From Octopus vulgaris (lineage: Eukaryota), in assembly GCA_951406725.2 (NCBI GenBank), contig OX597819.1:132184001-132248000 (forward strand): a stretch of 64,000 nt of DNA, written 5' to 3'. The translations under genes and the position numbers were made by a program. A model generated the notes under the pieces. The model ran no database searches, was not told the origin of the DNA, and saw nothing but the letters and a program-made list of their open reading frames with translations. Shown here piece by piece: positions 53,283-64,000 of this stretch (positions are counted from its first letter, which is position 1; each line of letters begins with the position of its first letter).

Positions 53283-56200
53283 CGTACACACATACATGTG
53301 CACGCACGAATCCGCGCACGCGCACACACACACATACGCACGTGTGTGTGTGAAGGTGTGCGTGTGTGTGCGGTGGGCTTCTTTCAGTTTCCGTCTACCA
53401 AATCCACTCACAAGACCTTGGTCGGCCTGAGGCTATAGTAGAAGACACTTGCCCAAGGTGCCATGCAGTGGGACTGAACCCAGAACCGTGTGGTTGGGAT
53501 GCAAGCTTCTTACCGAAGCCACGCCTGCGTCTGTAAGCCAAATCTGCATATACATACACACACACATACACAAACACATACATACATACATACATACATA
53601 CATAATTCATTTATTCTTTTACTTGTTTCAGTCATTTGATTTCGGCCATGCTGGAGTACCACCTTGAGAGGTTTTAGTCTAACAAAATTATTTTTTAAAG
53701 CCTAGTTTTTATTCTATCAGTCTACTTTGCTGAACTGCTAAGTTACGGGAACGTAAACACACCAACACCGTTTGTTAAGCGGTCATGAGGGAAAAACATA
53801 CACATACACGCCCAGATATATACATACATGTGTGACGGGCTTCTTTCCACTCACAAGGTGTTGGTCTGCCCGAGACTATAGGAGAAGCACCTTGGGCAAG
53901 TGTCTTCTACTATAGCCCCGGGCCGACCAAAGCCTTGTGAGTGGATTTGGTAGACGGAAACTGAAAGAAGCCCGTCGTATATATGTATATATGCATGTGT
54001 GTGTGTGTATGTATATATGTATATATGCAAGTGTGTATATGTTTGTGTGTCTGTGTTTGTCTCCCCAACATCGCTTGACAACCGATGCTGGTGTGTTTAC
54101 GTCCCCGTAACTTAGCGGTTCGGCAAAAGAGGCCAATAGAATAAGTACTAGGCTTACAAAGAATAAATCCTGGGGTCGATTTGCTCGACTAAAGGCGGTG
54201 CTCCAGAATGGCCACAGTCAAATGACTGAAACAAGTGAACGAGTAAATATATATACTTACACACATATAGACATACATATATATATTCACATACATATGC
54301 ACATATACATACACACACACACATATATGTATGCATATAGGTATGTATGTATATATTTATATATATATGTATATATGAGCGTGTGTGTGTGCGTATATAT
54401 CTCTATATATTTATATATACATACATACATGCATACACACACACGCGAGCGCACAGACACACACAGGCACACACACCAATGCACGCGCACACACATACAC
54501 ACATCATCCCCCTCCCCCACAGACCCGCACTGCAACAGTTCCCTTCCACACTTCCCCGTGACACACTTTCAACAACAACGGTTAAGGAAGTCCTTTTACC
54601 TTGTAGACATCTTTACTTCCTGTCGATATCTCTTTCAAAGTCTCTTTCGCTGATAGTTCCAAGTCGAATTCTTGGAACCTTTAACAGAAGTGTTGCAGCG
54701 AACGAAAGAACACCTCCTCCCCCTCCTCCAACTCCAAACAAACAGAAAATAAAAGAAAATGTCTCTAACATTATTTGGAGATTTCTTCAGTGAAATATCA
54801 TTAGCGTTGTTGTTGGCAACATTGCCTTTTTGACAAAGTGAATTACTTTTGTCAGAATATAAGATTAAGTTTCCAAATTTGGTTCCATGGACAGTTAAAC
54901 TTGGATTAAAGTCATCAATACACTTTGTAGTTGGAGATCACTGCTGTAGTCTCTCCATATGCAGCAGACAGCTAACCAGAAACTACGGCACAGTTTCTCT
55001 GCAGAGAAAAAGGTGTAAAAATAAATCGAATTACTTCTATGGCGGTTGTGAATTTGCTTCACTAAGCTTTTTCGATGCATAAACAGGAGATAGCAAATAG
55101 GTTAAGTTAGTTTCATATGAAGAGGTAAGTCTTTTCGTAACTAAGTCATGCTATCAGTACAATCACTGTGAATAACCTCCCTCTTTCTGTAGATGATTCC
55201 AATTTTATGGACCTGATAAACTGTAACATATCACAAGAAGTCAACATATTTTGCAGAAACATAGCTTGACGAAGCTGACAAGACACAATCGTTCAGTGTT
55301 CACGCAATTAGCTTTTATTAAGGCAGCGGGATGGCAGAAAGATTACTTCAAGCCCCATCGCTGTACAATCAGCCCTTAAATTCCTTGAAGTTTATTCTAT
55401 CAGAGTTGCAAGCCTTTTATGAACATCATCATCACGATCATCATGATCATCATTTAACGTCCGTATCCCATACTGACACGGGTTGGACAGTTTGACAGTT
55501 GCTAGGCAAACCAGAGAGCTCCACCAGATTCCAATGTCTGCTTTGGCATGGTTTCTCTGGTTGGACGCCATTCCAAACGCCAACCACTTTACAAAGCAGA
55601 CTGGTTGCTTTTTACAACTCTCCCGAATCAGTCAATCACGCAGCATCCCAAAGAAAATCCTCTGTGATATCGCAATGTGCCGTAGCAGACTATTGGAAGG
55701 AATTTAATGGCCTTCTGGGTCAAATGTTCTCGTTAAGAATTCCAGTGCAGAGACAAAACAGTCCCGGTCGTGAGATCGCTACCAACTTGTAAAATACAAT
55801 CGTCATTTCTCTCCGTCTAAGCTTTATGTAAGAGAAACGTTGTGGAAGCAGTATGACCAAGTGTTTAAGAAGTTCGCTTCGCAAACACAACGTCCTGAGT
55901 TCGATTCTACTGAGTGGTTTTGCGGGTTAATATTATTTTCTCTTGCCTCGCATTGCACCCTGTGAATGAAACGGAAACTGCATGGAAGCGCATCGGGTGG
56001 ATTGTACCTGTAATTCACGTAATTCGGTTTGGGAATTTATGTTCGTGGGTACAGGTGTCATTGAGACCCGTGTAGTAATAGAGACGCACCCCGGGTCATA
56101 TAGACTCATACTTCTGGTTTTGCAGGATGGCTTGTTTTTGCCAGCTGAGTGAATGGACTTTCCTGAAAAGAAGGGGTCTGCTCGAGAATACAACTCGTCG

Positions 56201-56657
56201 CCCGGTCGAGGATTCGAAATCACAGTCTTACGATCATTAGTGCATGACCCTAACCACTAAGCCACGTGCCTCCAAATAATGTATGTTTTACAATGCATTG
56301 AAATATTTAAAACAGTTAATAAAATGAAAGAGCAGAACATGAAACGAGGAATCCCAGAGGAATTGAAACGAGAGACTCGTTCTAAAGTTTAAATTAAAGA
56401 TTAGCTTAAGGGTGGCTGGCCGGGTGCTTTTTCTGTTTTTTGTTTTGTTGTTTTGCTGTGAATTGGTTTATATTAACAGCACGAGCAAAAGCATTTCAAC
56501 TCGAAGATCTTCTTTTAATATTGCACTGGGCCACTGAGAGCGCCGAGCCGCCAACCGGGGTCCCTTGGTGATTGGCATGGAAACGTTGCGGCCTCATTAA
56601 ATAACATGAAACTCATTGAAAACGGACGGAGGAAGTAGTATTGGAAAACTGCATGTT

Positions 56658-56703
<46 letters not shown>

Positions 56704-57280
56704 GCACGTGTGCGCATGTACACATACACACACGCACACACACAAACAGACACACACACACATACAGACACACACACACGAGCGCGCACATACACACACA
56801 CGCACACACACATACCCACACACGAGCGCACACGTACACAGCACACACACACACACATACCCACACACGAGCGCACACGTACACAGCACACGCACACACA
56901 CATACACATGACTTCTTTATGTCTTTGAGAAGTGTTGCGTCAGCCTAGATACGAGTTCTTCCCAATAATGGTTCATATTTGGTTCTTTCTAAACGCTGGA
57001 TTCGTTTCTTCTCCAGCAGACTTGCAATTCGTTGGACTCCAACCATCCTCGCATCTCTGCTGCTCAAACACGCACCCTCTACACACACTCGCACACTCAC
57101 ACACTCACACACTCACACACATTATGTGTGCATGTGTATGTATGTGTGCGTGTGCATATATACATATTTATATATACATATATATATATACACATATATA
57201 TATATATATAGATATATACACACACATATATACATATATGTATACATACATACACACACACATATACATACATATATATA

Positions 57281-57312
<32 letters not shown>

Positions 57313-57563
57313 GGTATATATGCTCCCCGACAGACTTTGCATTTCACTTTGGGGATTTCACGGTTCCTAAGAAGAGGCGGTTTGAGAGTTTGGGCGTCGC
57401 TATAGACAAGAGGCAAGTGTAAACAAGAATATCTCCTCTCTATGCTATAAAGCAACACAAGCACCAACACATACATACATGCATACATTACATATATACA
57501 TAATATTATGTGTATACATATATGTTTTATATATATATATATATGTATATATATCTATGTATG

Positions 57564-57606
<43 letters not shown>

Positions 57607-57608
<2 letters not shown>

Positions 57609-58560
57609 AGGGTGTGTAAGGTATTTGAGGACATGTCTTTTTGGGATTGTTGCTGCAGTTTTTGCTAACTCTGTATAATCTTTGTTCCAGAAAATAATAA
57701 TGGCGGACCCTCAGCTTTCTCAAGAAAGGAAGAAGCATGCTGCTAATGTGGTTATAAAGGTTGAGTATAACGATTTAGAAATATCTCGATTTTTAAAAGT
57801 TGCCAGATCTTTAATATAAAAAATTTGTAAGGAGTTAGAGACTGAAGATGGAAACGTATCACCAGTATCAAAGCATAAAAAGCATTCTAAATGCTCTGAA
57901 ATCATCAGAACACCTGAATTTATCCAGCAAGTTCAACAGACCATTGATTACATTCCCAGAAAATTAATGAGGTCAGTTGGAAAAGATCTCCATGTGTCAG
58001 AAGGAACAGTCAGAAATGTTGTCCACAAAGACATCAGATATAAGTCTTATAAGATGAGGAAAGGTCGGTTTGTCCGAAAAAGCAAAAGAAAATCACTACA
58101 TCAGATGTAAAAGGCTCTTAAATAAACTGAAAAATCCAGCAGAAGAAGATTTGATTTGGTTTTCTCAAACAAGAAAAACTTCGACCAAGATCCAAAATTT
58201 AACAGAAGAAATTCAGATGGTTCTGTTCAGACCCTTCTGAAGTTCCAAGTGTTATGCATACAAAATTTCCTGCAACTGTCATGGTTTTAGTGATTGTCAG
58301 CAATGAAAGACATATGCTGTCTCCTTACTTCTTTCCACAAGGCCTTAGAGTTAACTCTGCTGCCTACATCGAGGTCCTGGAAATAATTGTTAAGCTCTGG
58401 ATAGACGGTGTATACAATGGAAGGGCATATTAGATCTCATATAGAAGCAGTTGTTGAAGCTGAAGATGGCTTTATTGAATAACATTATAGAAAAGAAAGT
58501 TTATTTTCTTCCTCTTAGCATTTTAAAAATAAAGTTATCCGTTATTACATAACTTTTTTT
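57607..58560 (+). mobile_element. Internally deleted mariner-like (maT/DD37D-type) transposon
   Basis: TA|CAGGGTG start; peptides MHTKFPATVMVLVIVSNE...FFPQGLRVNSAAYIEVLEIIVKLWI and IEAVVEAEDGFIE*; the catalytic middle is deleted. The subfamily call is tentative. Confidence 0.75.
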
Positions 58561-58638
58561 TAATAAACATAAATCTGTATATATATATTCGTATATGCAT
58601 ATATATATATATATATCATATATATATGCATATACGTG

Positions 58639-58722
<84 letters not shown>

Positions 58723-58732
58723 CACACACACA

Positions 58733-59022
58733 CAGCTTCTATATCCAGACTATGAATTTATATTCATTCCAATAATAATTGGAGCACTTGGTTTGTTAGT
58801 AAATGTTTAAAGGAGAATCTGGATAAACTGGGATTTTCAGAAAGAGAAATCGACCGGCTAATTCGTACATTACAAGTGCAATCTGTGAGTGGAACAGTAA
58901 AAATATGCAAGACTTTTCTCAAGTTCGCAATGGAAAATTGTCTGTGTTAACTACATCCCAAAGATGGAATCTTGTATCTTTTTTGGAAACCGGCTCCCAC
59001 CTCAGTGGAAGATTTATAATAA
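58733..59022 (+). mobile_element. 3' fragment of another REL-type non-LTR retrotransposon
   Basis: [20 protein letters not shown], then after a frameshift CLKENLDKLGFSEREIDRLIRTLQVQSVSGTVKICKTFLKF. Confidence 0.6.
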
Positions 59023-59372
59023 TTAAAAAGTAGAAGACACACACACGCTACAAGGGCAAACAATTCACGAGGAAAAATAATTCACGAAAAATTAATTTGC
59101 TAAGATATTATCAATTTTGTTATTACCTGGAATGACTATTTTAAATAAATGATAATAACAGAATGAATAATATAGGCGATTGCAGGCCGAAGAAAAACAT
59201 TAAATAGCTGGGGGATTAAAATTAATCAGAGAACATGCTAAGTATGTCCACCTGCTGGAAACAACAGTCAAAACTCTTATTTAAATCGCCAAAAATACAC
59301 TGATGATAACTACAGAAATCAACCGAAGGCAGGTAAATAAAATCTCCCAACGTACATTTAAGTATTTGGACT

Positions 59373-59428
59373 CACGTGGACCGGTTTCTGCATTGGCAAA
59401 AAAATCGCCTTGGCTTCTTCAGTACGCG
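59373..59428 (-). ncRNA. Minimal hammerhead-like motif with ACCGGT stem III and GUC site
   Basis: Minus strand cgcgta CTGAAGA agccaaggc...gccaatgca GAAA CCGG TC cacgtg. Confidence 0.55.
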
Positions 59429-59709
59429 TTACCATAGTAGAGACCCCCCCCAACCTATCGTTTTTATTAAATTATATATATATATATATATGAAGTGACA
59501 GTTCTCGGGGTTTGTAAGGTGTGGTTGAGTTATACCTCCATCTAGGGCGGGTAAAATTCCCGAGATCCATGGACGAGTTCCCTCCAGCGGTCCTTGTCTT
59601 TCATCATCGCTGCCTTGTCCTGCGTCTCCCAGAGACCAGTGTCTGTCCTTAGGGCAACAACATATGCACACACACACATGCACACAAGCACCCCACCCCC
59701 ACACACGCA

Positions 59710-61654
59710 CACTCACAGAAGTATGTACATCCCTAATAAATTCAGTAAAATTGCCATTACTCTGATGATATTGAAGGAAATCAAACGAAATTTGTACTGA
59801 ATAAAATATATCATACATGCAAACATTATACAAATTTGGAGCACAAAACAATAAACATTTTCAAAGATATGAATGAAATATTAATTATCAAACGTTACAA
59901 AAATATGTACACCTTGAAGGAAATTTGCTATATTCAATATTTTAACCACTTTTTTTTCCACTAATTTCAGATATTGCTAATAATTTCAATTCTAATAAAT
60001 TATTTCTGCTGGCATTTTCGCGCCGGTCATTGTTATTGCATCTGCAGGAATTCTGGTTTGTGAAAATCTTCTTCATTGTGATTAAAATAGCTGCAAAAGG
60101 AAAAGAATTTTCTGAAGATTTGAAGAAAATTCTTTTTAATTTGCACAAGAATAGCTTAGGATCCAAGTTAATTAGCAAAGGAAATCATATTAGCGTAAAC
60201 ACAGTTGCCAAAGTAATTCAGAATCACAAAGCTACTAAACGACTGAGCAGTAAACATCATCCAGGCGGTCCTTCTAGTTTAACTGCGCGTCTATATTGGC
60301 CACGTCTAATGTTGCGTGATGGGCGACATGCGTCGCACTGCTTTATGGTTGACCCATGAAGTGTCTTCTGTTCGAGGAAAGAGTGTATCCGCCCAAACAG
60401 TTCGCCGAAGTTTGAAGCAGTGTGGTCTTCATGGACGCACTCCTCGTAGGAAACCTATCCTCACTACCAGGCATAAATAAAGTCGTCTTTCTTTTGCCGA
60501 AACCTATGTGAGCAAGGGGAAGGAATTTTGGAATAAAATCCTTTTTTCTGACGAGACTAGAATTAGCTTGTTTGGGTCAGATGGTATTAAACGAGTATGG
60601 CGACGACCAGGTGAAGATAAAAGTAACAAATGCACCTTGCCTACCGTCAAACACGGCGGCGGAAGTGTTGTGCTTTGGGGACGCATGAGTGCAGCTGGTG
60701 TGGGAGGACCCGCATTTATTGAGAGAGAAAATGGATTCAAGGCTTTATTGTAACATATTGCAGAAGACAATGTTGAAAAGCATGAAGGAACTAGGAAGAC
60801 ATTCCATGTTCCAACATGATTATGACCCTAAATACACTTCAAAGATGACGACAAAGTTTTTATCTGATAGAAAGGTAAAGGGATTGCCTTGGCCTACCAT
60901 GTCACCTGATTTAAACCCAACAGAACACATGTGGGGTTTTTTGAAAAGGAAGGTTGAAGAGAAAAAAGCCCGCAATGTAACACAGTTGAAAGACATCATT
61001 CAGGATGAATGGAGGTCGATTTGATCGCTTATATACGGAACTTTAGTCGACTCTTTGCCCAGAACACTTAATGCAGTCATTCAAAGCAAATAATCCTTTA
61101 GGGTGTACATATTTTTGTATTGTCTGAAAATTAATATTTCGTTCATATCTTTGAAAATGTTCATTGTTCTGTGTTCCAAATTTGTAAAATGTTTGCATGT
61201 ATAATATATTTTATTCAGTACTAGCAGTATCGCCCAGCGTTGCTCGGGCTTGTTTCGACCCTTTAGAATTGGAATTTTTGAAAAGTAAAAATTTTGCATT
61301 ATGTAGCTTGTTATTCTCTTTAAGTGAACATTTTAATGGTTAAAATGCACAGAAAAATGGCGACACAGCAGTAAAAAAATGTACAAAAAAGGGATTTTAA
61401 AAGAAAAAAAATCACCTTTTTGATGTAAATAATTTTTGGTGTTAACATGGTCCGATTTCAATTTTGGTCAACTTGCGCCGCAGGGTCTCGGAGGAGATAG
61501 TGTTAGTTGAAGGCTACCAAACTCGCCATACATAGACAACTTCAGCTTTATATATATATATAGATAAATTTCGTTTGATTTCCTTCGATATTATCAGAGT
61601 AATGACAATTTTACTGAAATATTTTAGGGGTGTACATACTTCTGTAAGATACTG
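59710..61654 (+). mobile_element. Tc1-family DD34E transposon with long (~210 bp) IR/DR-type TIRs; transposase pseudogene at about 60087-61092
   Basis: FSDETRI...PTVKHGGGSVVLWG...FQHD-x34-E (WPTMSPDLNPTEHMW); stops and frameshifts. TIR 59710-59920 matches 61094-61654 (split by a Helitron); ends ...ACTG|TA. Confidence 0.92.
61221..61564 (-). mobile_element. Non-autonomous Helitron inserted in the right TIR of the Tc1 element
   Basis: Minus strand begins TCTATATA... and ends with hairpin gcccgagcaacgctgggc plus CTAG; inserted between A and T with no TSD; removing it restores the TIR. Confidence 0.85.
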
Positions 61655-61674
61655 TATATATATATATGTATATA

Positions 61675-61745
<71 letters not shown>

Positions 61746-61936
61746 AATATACGTGTATGCACCTGCATTTATGTTCTATGGGAACATCTCTCTTTAGTGT
61801 TTAGGTATACGTGCGTGTGTGAGTGTGTGCGTGTGCGTGTGTGTGCGTGTGCGTCAGTTCTTTTTTTTTTACCTACGTGTAGAAGCCCACACCTAAGTGT
61901 TTGCAGCTATTCATTTAAAGAATCTAAGATGCAGGG

Positions 61937-61985
61937 CCTTGGGGAGATTTCGAACCTGGGTTCTCATTCCTAAGGTATTTTTCTA

Positions 61986-62046
<61 letters not shown>

Positions 62047-62347
62047 CTATGTTTGACTTTTGCTTTATGTCTGTACAAGTTGGCTCCAAGTCTCACCCAG
62101 AGACCTCAAGAAACAACAGGTTGGAAGTTCACGTTGTTGTTATGTCTAGTGTGCCATATATTTGGTTTTTTTTTGGGTGTTGTACTTGTGAATGTCTAAT
62201 ACATAGATTAAAAAAAAATTGTTTTAAACCTTAGGATTACATAGAGAGTATTTTGCGTAGGATATGAGCAGTTCCCATGAGCACTATCTTTTGAATTTCT
62301 GCCATTTTGGGGTTTCCTGGTATCTGACTTAGGTAGCAATCAGCCCC

Positions 62348-62390
<43 letters not shown>

Positions 62391-62576
62391 TACTATTATT
62401 ATTATTATTATTATTACCCAGGTTACTGCTTGGAATCGAACTCGGAATCTTGGAGTTAGTAGCCCGCGCTCTTAACCACTTAGCCACATGCTCGTGGCAA
62501 CAAACAAGATGAGGACAAATATCCATCAAATGTAAATAATGTACATAATTCCTCATCTCTTAAATATTGAACTGTA
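61937..62576 (-). mobile_element. Third copy of the tRNA/HHR SINE family, interrupted by an R4/Dong fragment and followed by a + orientation 3' end
   Basis: ttggggagatttcgaacctgggttctcattcctaagg...(TTA)n...ggaatcgaactcggaatc...ttaaccact, then aacaaacaagatgaggac...aactgta in the opposite orientation. The HHR itself is missing from this copy. Confidence 0.8.
62046..62348 (-). mobile_element. Shorter copy of the same R4/Dong-like 3' end, nested in the (TTA)n of a tRNA/HHR SINE
   Basis: Near-identical to 32273-32580; long (TTA)n on both sides. Confidence 0.8.
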
Positions 62577-62598
62577 ACACCAATAATAACTGCTGCTG

Positions 62599-62662
<64 letters not shown>

Positions 62663-62942
62663 CACTACTACTACTACTACTACGTGAGGTACAAATGTCG
62701 AATTGAATTCATTCGATCTCAGTTATTTTATTGGTTGATGATTTGATGGAGAGAAAAGTGAGGAATTCAGTTTTGGTAGGATTTGAACTTCAGAGGGGAG
62801 AACTGAAGAATATACAACGGGGGGGGGGGGTCTCTTCTTCTTCCAACTATGAACCACCTATTTGTGTATGCGCGAGAGAAAGAGAGAAAGGGAGAGAGAG
62901 AAAAACTGTGTGTATGACTCTGTGTGTGTATGTATGTGTATG

Positions 62943-62986
<44 letters not shown>

Positions 62987-64000
62987 TGCGTGCGTGCTTG
63001 AGTGTCTGTTTAAAAAAATGGTAAGTTCTGAAAATCCGGTTCGTATTCACATAATACCTAGAATATTTTTTTCATTGTGGTTTAAATGAAGATATTGTTG
63101 AGCTAAGAAGAATAAATAGATATTTTTTTTTGTATCCCAGTCACGTTTTTATTCGTCCATTCAAGTCTGTTATAGCATTAACTCCTTCAAGCACCGAGCT
63201 ATATTTTTACTCTTGTTATTATCATTGAAAGAAACGCAAACAGACGTTGATTTTCATATAAAAAAAAAACTTATTACAGCAAAGCAGAGCCAGGAAGATT
63301 TTTTCTGAAATGCACAAACTAAGTGGCTGTTATTTATATATTAAAAAAGAGACTTTACAATCGATTTCCGTATTCGATCTTCATTTAAGCGAGAATGCAT
63401 TTTCTTTATAAAAATACTAATCGATAGTTTTACATCCTTGACCTATTCTTCATTTTCTCGAGGACATTTTAGAATGAGAATTCTTCGTTTTTGTCTGGAT
63501 CTACTTTAAGCATCTTTTAACTGAAAATGTTCGTCTTGCCAAGTTTTTTTTCTCTTCTACATTTTCCTTATTATTCCGCTGCAGCCTATCTCGTTAAACA
63601 GAACCAAATATTTCTTTACTTAGCGATGCCAACCATTTTCAAGTTTTTCACCTATTATTATTATATCTTGATGCCAATCTTAATAAATGTTAAGAAATTT
63701 TCGTATATCTTAACCAAATTTAATAAGAAGGAATTCTAAACAAAATTTTCAAGTTATTGTAAAAACAAAATTCAATTTTCCACTACTTAGAAGCCTATGT
63801 TTTTTTAAAATTCTAAAATCATATCTGGTGATTTTGATTCTTGTGTTTCCAAATGAATTCTAAGACCACATTTCTTCTTTATTTTTCAGATATTAATTCT
63901 TTTTAAAATGATTCGTTTTACCAAATATTTCAGCAGTGTTTTCTCCAAACCTTACACAGCGGCGCTGTTCTTGTGCAAGATGTCACAGCGAACAGCAGTT

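Overview
AT-rich, microsatellite- and transposon-dense animal genomic DNA, most likely octopus (inferred from the SINE repertoire and repeat content). The only host coding sequence is the 3' end of an ADAR2 (A-to-I RNA editing enzyme) gene on the + strand. Two exons (36203-36871 and 38335-38897) encode the whole deaminase domain with catalytic, Zn and IP6 ligands intact. No dsRBD exon is visible, so 1-36202 is probably part of one very large intron, and the 3'UTR probably runs to about 43.1 kb. The rest is mobile-element debris: Penelope-like elements (PLE), Tx1/L1, R4/Dong, RTE, CR1, Tc1, maT-like mariner, Helitron/Helentron derivatives, MITEs and several SINE families. The most unusual signal is a tRNA-headed SINE carrying a minimal hammerhead ribozyme (HHR) that integrates with Penelope-style inverted architecture (three copies, one a ~490-bp palindrome with a 12-bp TSD). 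Several more minimal HHR motifs and long inverted repeats could make the ADAR2 pre-mRNA its own dsRNA substrate. A shift in CpG decay near 43 kb appears to mark the end of the methylated gene body. Repeat boundaries were read by eye and are approximate.
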